DNA of 64,000 nt from Hydrolagus colliei (taxonomy: Eukaryota). Position numbers and translations under genes: made by a program. The notes below the pieces were generated by a model. The model was not told the DNA's origin and ran no database searches. It worked only from the letters and a program-made list of their open reading frames with translations. Positions 12,820 through 25,704 of the stretch are shown in pieces; positions within the stretch are counted from its first letter, which is position 1, and each line of letters starts with the position of its first letter. The stretch is from positions 11,470,001 through 11,534,000 of the forward strand of contig CM068755.1 of NCBI GenBank assembly GCA_035084275.1, read 5' to 3'.

Positions 12820-12999
12820 CTCTGACCACCCTCCTAAAGCCAGGTGAGGGGCACAGTCGATGTTCGCACAAGGCTTCTGTGGAAGTGGCTTGGGATCCAG
12901 GCAGAACTCCTCTGGGAGGGTTAGAAAACTCCCATCAGTCACAAGCTGCTTGCACTGCACTTTGCGATACTGCAGGCCTCCTCCACACGATTGTGAACA
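12820..12999 (-). CDS. adamtsl3: ADAMTSL3 coding exon (180 nt): TSR
   Basis: CSQSCGGGLQYRKVQCKQLVTDGSFLTLPEEFCLDPKPLPQKPCANIDCAPHLALGGWSE; acceptor atgcag, donor gtaaat. Confidence 0.96.
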
Positions 13000-14127
13000 C
13001 TGCATTGAAAAATGTAACAAGAACATGAAATAATTAACTTGTTAAACAGAGCTTATTAAACATTAACCTTCTCTTCTTTCCATTCAAAGTTTTGTGCGTC
13101 TGGCTCTTTATTGATGTTAAAAAAGAACGACACCCAAAGCTGTGCATGTGTAGGGATTAGGAGGTTTAAGTGTGAGGTTACAGTCTCCTAATCAACGTAA
13201 TGAGGAGCAGGAAGTGTAATCCAGGCTTCCTGCTCCATATTTCTCCAACACGAGAAGTAATATCACTTGGCTCCCAGCATTTGACAGTATTGATGTCATT
13301 CAGTACATTCAGGTCCAAAGTCAACAGTGGATTTACCGTCTAAACCATTGGCACGTATATTGTGTCTTTATGGAGATTGTGCATCTCCGAGTGCTTGCAA
13401 TTATTATTTTTTTTAAGTTGAACTAACAAATTCCTTTATTTATTATAAAAATAAGAAAACCTTTGGCAGTTATTCGATCGTGGGGGAGGTTGCGGTCATG
13501 TCCTCATCTGACACCTCCACAAACGCTCACACACATCTTCCAGCAGAGGTTCTCGATAACAATCAAAATGAGATTGCAACATTCCCTCTGAGGATCCACA
13601 TCGGTGGAAGTGCCACATTCACAGAGTGTGAGATGTGCATTTTTCTAACGGAACGATTATCTTGCAACCAACTCCCTTTTGTTTTCTCGATCATCCCACA
13701 GTTCCATTTTATGTGCGCTGTAAATCTGCAGCTGTTTCACATCAGCAATGCCAGTGTAAATGTAAAGCAGTTATTTACTCCAATTTTAGTTTGGAGAAAA
13801 AACTCTCACCTCCTGAAGTTGGCTGTGAACCAGTGTAATTTGAATCAGGCTGGCGTAAACAGTCTGATTCAAATCCCCCATCACTCTCTTCCCAGAGGAA
13901 AACTACAGCTCTGGCAATCTGATCCTGTCTGGCACATATACTAGGTCACGGCAAAGTTGCACTTAAAAGATTTCACATTCAGCATCTATCAATTTGAATT
14001 AAACTGCATCTGATCTTTCAGTACGGAGATGGCTATGGGCATCACTTTACATCATCTTATCTGGGCTTTGAAATAACCACAATAAAAACTTTGGCTTCTT
14101 GAATATATACATTGTTTCAAAAGTAAA

Positions 14128-14362
14128 ATATTTGCATTTGGTACGGTGTCTTTCATATCGGGAGGACATTACAAAGCGCTTCACAGGATTTACTGTGAAG
14201 CATCTATGGGTGAGCGCAGTTGCCCATTTGCAGTGTCATGCAGTAAATGACCAGTTTTATCTGGAGGATTGTAGGCCAGGATACCGAGAGAAACTGTCTT
14301 CTATTTTCAAAGTTCAGGTGCCAACCACCTGAACTTTCACATTTAACATCTCATCCAAAGGA
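14128..14362 (-). mobile_element. Deu-domain SINE fragment
   Basis: Reverse common tail followed by ggccaggataccgagagaaact...tttaacatctcatccaaagga (piece of the Deu domain). Confidence 0.6.
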
Positions 14363-14429
14363 TTGACCACAACGGGCTTGTGATCAGTTTGGTATTCTTC
14401 CTACAAACACTTGATTGAAGCTACCTTAC

Positions 14430-14640
14430 CTGTTGCCATTTTTCTTTGTGCCACGATGGAGGGCAGTCAAACTGGTTACAGGCCTGAAGTTCAGAGGGTT
14501 TGGGAGCCAAGCATTCTTCATCGGGAACGATAGCGGTGTCATCGGCAGCATGTGCTACTATACGTATGCAGAAAACATCCCTTGTCTGTATTCCAACTCC
14601 ACAAGTAGCAGTACATTGTTTCCAAGATCGTGTGTTCCAT
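14430..14640 (-). CDS. adamtsl3: ADAMTSL3 coding exon (211 nt): TSR
   Basis: WNTRSWKQCTATCGVGIQTRDVFCIRIVAHAADDTAIVPDEECLAPKPSELQACNQFDCPPSWHKEKWQQ; acceptor ttatcag, donor gtaagg. Confidence 0.95.
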
Positions 14641-15499
14641 CTGATAAGTAGAAGAAATTACACAGTAAAGAACATTACCACTTGTGGGGGGAACGTTATT
14701 TACAGCTTCAGGTTTTAGTTTGCCCAGGCTCCCATTAAACCAGCTTTATTTTAATCAGATGCTGATAATTTGCGATAGAAGCTATAATCAACAACAGCCC
14801 TGTGATGAAATATATTGCTGGGTGGTTCTCTTGGCCAAGATATTTATATACACTGTTAGCTTTTTACCTCTGGAGACTTGCTTCACATTCATTGTAGGAA
14901 AAAAAGAGATAAAGGTCAAGCCTGATCTCACAGATGGCCATTAAGGAATCCTATTTTTGAAAATGATGAATTTCCATGTAACCTATGAACAGAATTCCCT
15001 GCTCACTTTTCTAAACTCTGCAGCTGTGTTGAAGAGAAATCCAACTACCCTGTATTTTAATTTTGCATCGTTTCACCATGTGCAAGAAGGGAACACTCCG
15101 ATTTTTTTTTGCTTCCTAGTTGTGGAAACTGTTTTTGGTACAAGCTCATCGATTTCTTTTCAAAAAAACATATAAAATTAGCCTGTGTTTTTGCTGAGAT
15201 CTGAATTTTTTTTTAAAATGACAATAAAATGCAGATGAAATGTAAGGTTAAATTAGTTGGCGTCATAAATGATAATGTTAAATTATCCACAATTATTATA
15301 AAGCCTGAAGTAAAACTGATGAGTAAATTTCTACAGGGGTTCTGAATTTCCTGTTATTCACACAATTCATAAATATAAATGACTCAGAGAGTACCTTCTC
15401 ATTCTAAAATTTGTCGTTGATGACAAGCTGTGTGGTAATTACAAGGAGGTCAAATGGCATTCGTGATCTGAAACAATTATGGTAATTAGCTAAGTAACA

Positions 15500-15975
15500 G
15501 CAGAGGGACTTTTAATGTGGATGAATGGAAAGTAATGCATGTAGAAATGTGAAAAAGCAAAACCTAGGGACGTGATGAAACAATGCACATTAGCAAAGAT
15601 CAAGGAGGAAAAGAATCTGGGTGCGATGAGTGATCATAAACTGAATGTTTTCAGTCAGTGTGAAGCTGCTATCAACAAAATTAATCAAATACCAGTATGG
15701 ATCTAAGGACATTTCACTACAAGTTAAACCGTGTTTTTCTAGCTTTGTATAGATTACTGACAAGACCACATTTGAAAAACTGTGTGCAACTTTGGGCACC
15801 CTGCCGTCAAAAAGGACTTTGATGCATTGGTGAAGGTTGAGTGAAGATCAAGGAGGATGATTTGGGAATACCGAGCTCTTAAGTTTTCATGGGAGACTCA
15901 CAAAACTAAAGTTCTTTTTTATTGAAGAAAAGAAAATCGAGGGGCATAGAAACCTGATCTTGGTCTTTAAAACTG
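15500..15975 (+). mobile_element. CR1 LINE ORF2 (C-terminal to RT) fragment, decayed
   Basis: Broken reading gives FNVDEWKVMH, EEKNLGA..DHKLNV..QCEAAINK, LYRLLTRPHLKNCVQLWAP, all CR1 ORF2-type motifs, with stops and frameshifts. Confidence 0.8.
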
Positions 15976-18900
15976 TTTGACTGTGAACCCAGATCTCAAG
16001 GATGTACATAGGCTTTCTGTCAGCAAGTGTGGCCCTGTAGAACAGACTCCCAGCCAAAGCAGTTTATGTTGAATTGATTAAATCCTTTGAAAAAGCTGTT
16101 AAATAAATGTCTGTTCCATTGTACCTCGTTGATGTAACTTTATCTGGATTTGACGGGATTTTGAATAATGTGCGTTTCTTTGGACTGTATAATTCAGCAA
16201 AAAAACACCAAGAAAATCCATCCACAAAGAAGCCTGGCAGCAGCCGAAAGCACAATGTCACTACTCAAGTGATGAAAAACAAGGTTCCTTCAGACTACAG
16301 CTGTATAAAGTTCAAAACATGTCAGCAAGTAACTGACTGAAATTGATCATATTTCATAATCGGGTTGGGTTCTCGTTGTGAATCACAAATTTAACTAAAT
16401 GCGATTAATCTTAATCTAGTTTCCAATGAGCGTGAAGTCAAAGTACAATTGTCATCAGTCTAAGATTTGAATTGTGAATGTCTGTTGTCCACTGAGTTGC
16501 ACTCAATTGAACTTTATTGTTGAATACTACAAAATCATGACGCATTATATGCTTTGGCAAGCTTACCCTGGTAAGCTCCAAGAAGAAAAGGAACTGAATG
16601 AAAAGCTGCTGACATATCAGGTCTTCGTTAATATCAGAAAAGCTAAACCTAGTCTACAACATTTCAAGCTTTAAGCTAAGATCTTACAATGTTTACTTTG
16701 CACCAATTGCAGCTAGTGCGATTCACTCAAGCCAAACTGCAACCTCTTTCCTTTCTGTTCATTTCTATCTACATCTTACAACAACAACAACAAGAACAAC
16801 AAAATTACATTTCTAGAGCGCCTTTCACGTTGGGAGGACGTCCCAAGGCGCTGAAATACCTAACTTAAGGTATAACACTGCACATTTCTACACTCACAGT
16901 ATAAATTTGGATTGATAATGCATATTTCTTATTTTTATCAAAGTGATTTTCATTGCGTTGTGCCTATTAATTATTGGAATTTTTTTTCTCTCTGTGCAAG
17001 AGTTGAAACCATGGCTCCCAGGTGATGTGCTAGGCAATCGTATGTTGGAAGGGAATAAGAAGGGAAATTAAGTGGAACTTTGTTACACAAAAAGTGCGCT
17101 TTATCAATCTGGTTTTATAATAAGAAATACCATAGCAAGTGCACTTCTAAATGTAGCAAAAATACACCTGGAGAATCACACCAAAGGACAACAGAATTTG
17201 GGAATAAGCTACCATTGAAGCAAACACAATAAATGGGTTCAAGTGATATGTTCAAGCAATATGTTTCTGCAAGGAGAAGACTTTCAGGGGGTTGATGAGA
17301 AGGCAAGTATGTGGGGTTCAGGACTATCAAAGAAGAGCTGCTCATATTGGACGCAGTTGTCTTTTCCTGTAAGAAGAATTCTTTTGTTATTTGATTCTTC
17401 TTCCAATTCTGGCAGTGTCTGATTCTGGATTTATGAGGATCATCTGTTTCAATTTTCATCTTCAAAAGAAAACATTACCCTTCACTTTTAAAATCAGAAG
17501 ATCCTTTCATCATTACCCTCACATCAAGGCCAGTTTAAGCTACTGTTGCAAGATTAAAATATAGCGACGTCAATAAAGTTGGAAAAAGAAGGAGCTAGTT
17601 TCAATTTACTCAAGCCAAATGTGCAGTAATTCAAACAAAAAAAAATATAGGGAGCAATGAGTAATTAACATCTATCAGCAAGTTAAATCAGCATAAATAA
17701 AATAACATTTGACTTAAAATAATATTAAACTTCGATTTGGCTTACTTTAAAACAATGAAAAGGAACACCAGCAGAGACAAACAATTATTCTTGACCCTAA
17801 ATATTTGGGAGAAGAGAATAGTAAATGTGATCCTGTGTACAGTATTTAAAACGGATGAGAAATATCCCGGTAGGTTTTGTGCCATTTTTCAATGACAGAT
17901 TTAAATAAGGCTCTGCTGTCATGTTTGGCTCATGTGACCAATCTTTTATCTGGTAGGTTTCAGCACCACCTACTAGTCCAAAGCTCTTAAATTAAATAAT
18001 AATGGAAACTTCATGACAACATACATCATATAATGTTGTCTTTACGTGCAGAAAGTGTTTTAATAAACCAGGGACGATTAGCGTGATTTGAGAGCGAGAC
18101 CTTGGCTTTAATATTTTCCACATATGCTTCCCTGCATGCAGAACTCCCAAATTTGTTTTTCTTGTTACAGCCTGAATGAATTCAATGGGAAGTGAGTGCT
18201 TCTGCTCCACCTCACTCTACTGTCGGAATCAAAATCACTTCACTTCACTTCCAGCAGTACAAACATGGGTTGGAATCACAAAGAAAGAATGCCTTTGATC
18301 CTTTGGCAGAAACAAATATTCCCAATATTTTCAGTTCTTCAATGCATTTTCCCCTTTCAAAATCAGCCTCATAATGTTTTAAAATAGCTAGCAAAAAAAA
18401 CAAGTTTCTCTTTTAATTTTAATGTACAGTGAGACAGTATTATACCAGGAGATCCTTCCTTTCTCACTAATATTTTCAGAATGCCTGAACACCTTTTTAT
18501 CTCACCAATACAAAAAACGATCCTTGCATTTAATGTAGCATTTTTCATGTCAGGAGGACAACCCCAAGGCACACTACAACATGTATAAACTGCATATTTT
18601 GTAGTATAACACGGCAGGCAATTTGTGTACTGTACAGATTTGCTGTAATATGCAATCCTAACATGTATGAAATAGCTTTAGAAATATTAGGTGCAGTGAA
18701 AGCATGTCATTTTATCCCAAGCCCCTGCTGGTTATTGCATCTTTCATTTGGAAATCTTCCACCAATGTGTGGATCTAACGATGCATGATTGCTGAGATAT
18801 GCTCAAATCTGGAGAGACATGAGCATGCAGACTTTACGAGTGATCTTTCAACTCAACCACACGGTTCATTTACAAATCTGTGTGTCATCACTTACGCTCT

Positions 18901-19289
18901 GCAGACACAAGAAAAACATTTACTAAACCTTTTCTGACATGATGGGTATATACACACATTGGATTACATACGTTAACCATGAAAGTGTTGGTTAGAAGTT
19001 ACTTCTGTATGTTATTAAACAAGCAATGTTACTTTCTTTTGAGGGCATTTCAATAGCTGTAGAAGTAACAGTGAGTGCTATCATCATGTCTTATCATAAT
19101 AGCATTGCTCAATTTAATACAAGTTGATGTGCACAATTCGGATTTTTGCATTAAAAAAATTACTCAGAAAGTGAGAATAACTGAAGGAATTTGTTTCGGG
19201 ACAAAGATAACCAGAAATTCCAGGGACCTGGTCTGATCCCTTGCTGTTCATACTATTCGTAAATATCTTGGGAGGAAAATAACTTCATG

Positions 19290-19445
19290 CATTATTATAC
19301 GAATTGCTGGTGATAACAGACCAGGCTGAAAACGTAATGGAGATGAATAGCACTCAAGATGACGTTAACCAAGCTGGACTTAAAAAGCCTGAGGTATGGC
19401 AGATGGATTTAAATGTAGAAAGACGCAATACATATTGGAAGACAT
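19290..19445 (+). mobile_element. CR1 RT fragment
   Basis: ORF 19304..19504 contains QDDVNQ...WQMDLNVE, resembling the CR1 LQxDLD...WQMxFNVxK motif. Confidence 0.5.
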
Positions 19446-19920
19446 GGTTAACATACGCATATAATGAAAGGGTGCCCATCAATAACAAGAATAATCCTTG
19501 CTGATATCGTCCATTGCCGAGAACATCTCAAAATATTTCACAAGGTTTCTGTAATGTGGAGGGATTGTATTTGTTGACATATGGTTGGTTGTTCAGAATC
19601 AAGCGTCATTTGTAACGTTTCAAATGTCTCTCAATTGCTTGGCTTTGTAATTTTTTGTACGTCAACATTGTTGGTTGGTCAGTTGTCAGTCAGAAGCAGT
19701 CAATTTGTAGATTTGCTTCATAAATAAGATTAGGACCATCACGTTTAGTAGCATAATGAGAAAGAATAAAACTTGGTAGGATTCCTATATCTGAATCAGG
19801 AGAGTGACTAAAACACAAGTGCTGAGATCTCTCTCTCTCTCTACAGTTCAGGGAAAAATGCATAGTCCAGGCTTCCAGATTTTTTTTAAAAAGTTTTTTT
19901 CTCTTTTGATAGATTTGCAG

Positions 19921-19986
19921 ACAACAACAACAACAATTTACATTTATATAGCGCCTTTCACGTCGGGAGGACGTCCCAAGGCGCTA
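19921..19986 (-). mobile_element. L2 tail-only insertion (hairpin plus (TTG)n)
   Basis: (ACA)n...tagcgcctttcacgtcgggaggacgtcccaaggcgcta; near-identical copy at 16778-16851. Confidence 0.85.
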
Positions 19987-19996
19987 AAGCACATAC

Positions 19997-20126
19997 CTGG
20001 GAGGACAAGGCTCAACATTGCAGGACCGAACCATATCAGGTGGACGTTTGAAGCTATCGCACAATCGGTCGTCCATAATTTTGTGTGTCTGCATATTAAG
20101 ACATACAACTATGGTCTCTTGTTTCC
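19997..20126 (-). CDS. adamtsl3: ADAMTSL3 coding exon (130 nt): TSR
   Basis: (G)KQETIVVCLNMQTHKIMDDRLCDSFKRPPDMVRSCNVEPCPP(R); acceptor tgttag, donor gtatgt. Confidence 0.94.
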
Positions 20127-20837
20127 CTAACAGTTAAAACAAAAAACGGTTCAGGAATCAGAATCACACAAACAGGTTCAGTTCGTAGCACAATGGTAAC
20201 TTATGCACAGTTTGGTCCAGCACACATAATAAATCAGCCACACGATTGAATATGATTTTGTGAGTCACATTTTGATGTCAGTTTCTGTGACATCTAAACC
20301 TAGAGTTAAACATTGACACCAATGCATGTACTGTAATGCATAGATTTGGGTTGTATACAGTGTATTATTTGTTCTTCTGCAATGACTACCATGCAGTTTC
20401 CTCCCTTCTTTGAAGTGCATCAATACAGCTCCAGTATTAGGTGAGAGATGGTAATGCTTACACCACAGGTCTGTCGCTGCTGCTGAAAGGTTATTCTTCC
20501 TTGTGGGGGTAAAATGCTTTCCAATTACAGGATACAGCCACCTTCCTACCCTCCAACCTCCCTTATCCCAATCAGCCAGCCCCCTACTGGAATCCAAATC
20601 TCTGAATGTCCAGCACCAAGGAACATCCTCCCGACGTCAAAGACACTATACAAATCTAATTTTGTATTAGAATTGCGTATTGTATTCCACCCAGCAGAAT
20701 TAATGAAATTGAAGAGTAAATGAAATTCACAGCTAAGATACTTTCTGGTCGGATGGTGGGGGGTGGGTGGTCAGAACATTTTTTTTTAAAAAAGGAGGTA
20801 TCATCGCACAGTTGTTGCTGGAAAGTTTCAACGTTAC

Positions 20838-21133
20838 CTCCTGCGCATGAAGCTGAGCACGGGGTGAAGCCTTCGTACTCCCAATCCAACTGTTGTTCCA
20901 TCTCATTGTTGTCGCCGTAGTGGAAATCTTCGGGTTCGGAAAACACCGTGAAACTGTCGCAAGGTCCTAGGTTACAGGCCCGCTCGCCAGCCGGTTTGGC
21001 TCCTTCACATTCTTCATCCGGAAGCTCCTCTTCTGTTTGAGAGAACGAGAGAAAAACAAGGCACTTCACGACGCGCACTTGGTTGCCAGCTCCGCAGGAG
21101 GTACTGCACTCTGACCAGGCCTCAGGAATAAAC
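20838..21133 (-). CDS. adamtsl3: ADAMTSL3 coding exon (296 nt): TSR, acidic linker, start of next TSR
   Basis: FIPEAWSECSTSCGAGNQVRVVKC...CNLGPCD...LDWEYEGFTPCSASCAG(G); acceptor ttacag, donor gtaacg. Confidence 0.96.
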
Positions 21134-21772
21134 CTGTAAATGATACCAGTGAACAATAAGCGTCACAGCCCACAGAGTAGCTTATAATAATTATAATAGC
21201 AATCATCCTTGAATTTGATGTTGCACCTTATCACGTCATTGAGATGTCTCAGAGCACTGCACGGTATATATTGTAAATTTCAGTGACTGTTTATTTTGTG
21301 CGTCGAACGCTAATTACACTTCCGTCAATCAGTGTGGATACATTGATACTCTGATGTGATCTGATAACAAAAGGATTTTTTTTTGCAACGATACAGCGCC
21401 TTTCACATGTGAAGGACGTCTCAAAGTGCTTCACAGGATTTACTGTAAACTGTATTTTATAGGAAAAATCCTCGAAGGTGGAAGAATTGTATGGCCTTTT
21501 CTGGTTAAATAAAAAAATTATGTTTGTTCCCATAACCCACCACTCGGCCCCTCCCGTCCCCTGAGTAAAGATGAGTGACTTTGAAATACAACAAGACGAT
21601 TTTCCTCAATTAAAACAATGGTGAAGTTTCCAGTAATTTTACAAAGTCCAATGTATATTTGCACAAATTCCAGTCTCTTATGGGCACTTTCCCTGCACAT
21701 AAGTGCGTCATGGCTGAACAGATGCAGCATTATGCAGAAAATAAATGTAAAAACGAAAGCTTAAGAACTCAC

Positions 21773-21857
21773 GTTGGCTCCTCAGATTCTGCTCTGGGTT
21801 CCAGCAGTTCCTGAGCTTGTTTAATCCAGGGTATTTTAGCCTCCACAGGAAGTTTTT
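21773..21857 (-). CDS. adamtsl3: ADAMTSL3 coding exon (85 nt): linker
   Basis: (E)KLPVEAKIPWIKQAQELLEPRAESEEP(T); acceptor ttccag, donor gtgagt. Confidence 0.95.
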
Positions 21858-22422
21858 CTGGAAATACCAAAGCATAAATCAAACATATAGGTCCCCAGAC
21901 TCGATGAAAGCAATATTAATTTAAATATCATTCAATAAGGAACACATTTTTTCCACGCCATTTTAATGCACTACTTCCTCTAAATTAAATGTGCAAAATA
22001 TTATTAGGCAAGAGAGAAATTCCTTCCTCTAGATTCTGGTTTAAAACCAGATTGTTCGATTTGCATCTATGGAGAGTTATTCTCCCCCTTAGAACTGGCT
22101 TAGAACAGTGGAAGAACACGGTCTCTGGATTTCTATGAAAGGTGTTTCAGTAACGTACCGGTGTTGCAGTTCATTGGCCACATATGGAGCTGCACTTGGT
22201 AGGAATTAAATTTGCCAACATGGACGACTTGGTTTCAAAATATTTACAAGTATGCACTTCCTCGAGGTTGATCTCTTGCCTCAATCCCCAATCTGCTGAT
22301 TTGACTTCCCATTTAGGTATTTTTTGTACCATCCCCCCAAAAAAGTAGTTTTTTTTTTACCTTTGAGCAGAATTACAATAAAGTCCATCGCCTAGGAACT
22401 TACAGTTTGTTGCATAAATTAC

Positions 22423-22570
22423 CTTTGGTTTTATGGCATGGAATTGGCACAGTACATTCCTCTTTTATGTATGGTTTTAGCAGTGGGTTACATCCGCCAG
22501 TATGCCGCCCTCGGTGGTTTATACACAATACGACTCTATAGCGAAGACCTCGACCACATGTTACTGTGCA
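22423..22570 (-). CDS. adamtsl3: ADAMTSL3 coding exon (148 nt): TSR
   Basis: CTVTCGRGLRYRVVLCINHRGRHTGGCNPLLKPYIKEECTVPIPCHKTK; acceptor cttatag, donor gtaatt. Confidence 0.96.
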
Positions 22571-23291
22571 CTATAAGGAAACAAAAGAGAACCTTACCAG
22601 CTTCTTGCTTATAAAAATACAAAGGTTAGACTTGTATGGGTAGTTAAATCAATAATCACAGTAGGGCCCTAAATATGTTACAAATGCTGCACATGAACAG
22701 TTAAGTTTTTATTGTTTTTCTCAGCTAAATAGATACACTGACTATGAAGCGCTTCGAGATGTTGAGAAGACGTGAAAAGTGCTATATCGACTGCAAGGAT
22801 TATTATTATTCTTATCATATAATTGTCTATTGATTGAATTGGACTTTAAACAGCATAGTTTGTTTAAGACTCAGTTTGCGCAAGTTATATCAAATATTGC
22901 GCTCCCAACTGAAATGATTAATGTGATTTTTATTGTATGTACAAGGGAACCCTGTTATAGTGCCTTTCGCTGTAGCATTGCCTCACTGCTGTCTGCCCAA
23001 ACTAACTGACTAACCTGCTTCACATCACAAATATCAGCCAATTTCTGGACTGTCAGGTCACTTCCTGCGCACTGCGCGCATGTACAGGGAGCATTACTGG
23101 CCAGTGCAGTGGCCAGCTATATGTATCAAGCATCACTGATGCACTTCACAAAGGTTTAAGTTTTTCATGATAAAAACGTTGAACAGGGAGCACTTAAAAT
23201 AAAGTATCATCCAAGCTTACGTTTATGCACCTGCATTAGAATTCATCAGGAAAAACAGTAGAGTGAAACGGAAAAGGGCTGGGTTTCTTAC

Positions 23292-23496
23292 CGGTGACCA
23301 TTCCATGGCTCTCCACTTTGGGCATTCAAAAAGATTGCAGGTTTCGACTAACAGTGGTTTCATTGCATACATGCACTTCCACTCCTCCACCTGTTTAATT
23401 TCTCCGTACATATTCTCTTCAATACAAGAGACACTTCGTTTTTGCATTCCACCTCCACAGGACATAGAACACGCAGTCCAAGGGTTGGTCTCCCAG
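23292..23496 (-). CDS. adamtsl3: ADAMTSL3 coding exon (205 nt): TSR
   Basis: WETNPWTACSMSCGGGMQKRSVSCIEENMYGEIKQVEEWKCMYAMKPLLVETCNLFECPKWRAMEWSP; acceptor aaccag, donor gtaaga. Confidence 0.96.
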
Positions 23497-24654
23497 CTGG
23501 TTAGAAAAAAAACCTTAGTAAATAAGCGGTCGGAAGACATCCTGAAGGATGGAATGTTGTTGTGAGGAAAATATGGAGCCACCAAGCTCATCCCTGCATT
23601 TGTTTTGGGCATTTCACCTTGGGGAGATGTTTCAAAGCGCTTCACGGGATATACTGTAAAGTGTAGTGACTGCGTGTTTTGTTTAGCAGTAACATAGATG
23701 TATAAAAGCAAATTTTTTTTACATTTTGTCTCGGGGATGGCAGACCTTTCTTCATTTTGTCAGGATCACGGACACTCATTATTTCACTGTGCTCAGTTAC
23801 TTGAGGTTATTTTTACACCATTAAATATTGTACAATCCTGTGCAACAAATATAGAGGACAGCTAAGAAGCATTATCTAGGATTAACAAATATCCAGGGAC
23901 ATGGTCCAATTTAGAATACTATGTAATGAACAGCCTCTCAATTAATGAATTCTAAACTCCTACTTTATTTTTATTGCACAAACAAACTAACCTTCATAAA
24001 TCAATTGTTCTCTATCTACAGTAAACACCTCTAAACACAGCAGGAAATGTGGGATGTCAAAAGTCACCATTTATTTTCAAGTTAAATGATGCAAAAATCG
24101 TTTGCCAAATAAATCACATGAAGCCCAAGCTCATTTAAGATGTACCGATGAAATCGTAAACTTGCAAAACATCTGAAAATAGTTGCAAAGCAGCAGTATC
24201 AGGGAATCCTGGAAATTGTCTCTGCCTCTAGGCAGTACATTAATAATCTACTCACTTTTCAAACAGTAAAAAAAACCACAGGCAACACCGCAGTAAGACT
24301 TGAAATAGAAACAAACAGCATAATACATTAATTCAATTAGTGGCACAAACAAATTGAATTTACTGATTTCCTGAAAAGGCGAAGACAGGAAAAATAAGGA
24401 GTTCCTCAAACAGCTAAATGGCAAAGCAAACAACTGAAAGAAAATTGGTCGCAGCTACTTGAAGGATCTGGCTGAGGTTTCCTATTAAGCCTTTCTAACA
24501 AGCTTGTCATCGCCTTGTAAACCAAGAGAAAAATAAAAAAAGGAGTTTTAACTGATTATTTCAGATTGTTAACAGAAATGTAAATCACAGCAGTTACAAA
24601 ACAATTTTGTAAGGTTGTGAGAAATGAAAGAGTAATCTAACATGTTCTTCAGGA

Positions 24655-24890
24655 AAATTAATCTTTGCATTTGATATAGCATCCTATTACATTGTGAAGT
24701 GCTTTGAGACACCTCAAGATATACTATCAAGTGAATTGACTGTACATTTTGTGGGCCAAACGCTGCAGCGAACTGCACACAGCAGTGTCCGAGAAACAGT
24801 CATAGATTGAGTGTTCAAAATATTTTTTTCTTAAAGGATAATTACCCCTGGAAAGCGATCGACTGACAACCAGGTTCCAATCAGGTTTCT
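24655..24890 (-). mobile_element. SINE fragment (longer variant, tail and body)
   Basis: Reverse common tail plus attacccctggaaagcgatc...ccaatcaggtttc, matching the extra internal segment of the 3931 copy. Confidence 0.75.
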
Positions 24891-25044
24891 TTAAATGTTT
24901 TGTTCCCAGATCTCAGAAGTAACTTATTCATACATTCAGTTATTTGTATAATGCAGCACATTGTTATTTTGAGACTTGCTAACTGAACATATTATGCAAA
25001 TTCTACATTTCTCACAACTTTAGACGATCTGAAGCTATACCTAC

Positions 25045-25095
25045 CGAGGAAGTGGCTGAAAATGATCGTAAATTGCAAGTTGTTTGAAACCATCA
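25045..25095 (-). CDS. adamtsl3: ADAMTSL3 coding exon (51 nt): inter-TSR linker
   Basis: (S)DGFKQLAIYDHFQPLP(R), close to human SDGFKEIMPYDHFQPLPR as recalled; acceptor tctcccacag, donor gtaggt; phase 2 to 2. Confidence 0.93.
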
Positions 25096-25704
25096 CTGTG
25101 GGAGAGAATAAGCACCATTTAAATAAACATTTACAAGCATGTTTAGAAATTCAATTGTACAGTTACATTTTACAATACAATATTACAATGCGCTGTACTA
25201 TAGTGTGAAAACAAAATTGTCTGCGTCTTGATATTAACATAAATATGCTGTACAAAAGTGTACGGGTGAAAGTCGAGAGATGCACAAGTGGCCCATTTGG
25301 TTCAGCAGTCGCGAATGGGGGGCATTTTTTGTAGAAATGGCATATGCAGCAGAATCCTGTTAATAATACACTTAGTTACAATGTGGGTTCTTTTTAGGAT
25401 GATTGGGGTTGGATACCTGAGATCTGCTTACCAAAGAAATCCCCAAATGTGGGCAGGAAGCCAGCTGGCTTAAGTGAAAATTGGCTTCCTGCTCACTAAA
25501 GAAATAGTTAACTACCAAGTAGTTAGGTCACTCCTTGTGTATTGAGTAGCAAGACAGGTTAGTGGCGACCTAATGACCTGGAGGTTGGCCCTTTTTTTTT
25601 AACTCAGCAGGCGACCCAACATTTTGCAGACACACACACATTGTTTTCCCATGAATAGGAAATAATAGATCATGATTGATATTGCAAATTCTATGGGTGT
25701 AAAT

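Noticed and set aside
13480-13944. 154-aa plus-strand ORF
   Set aside because: No recognisable domain or splice context; the start appears to overlap a decayed repeat.
25449-25496. Hairpin as a pre-miRNA
   Set aside because: The stem is only about 15-16 bp with no basal extension, too short for a Drosha substrate.
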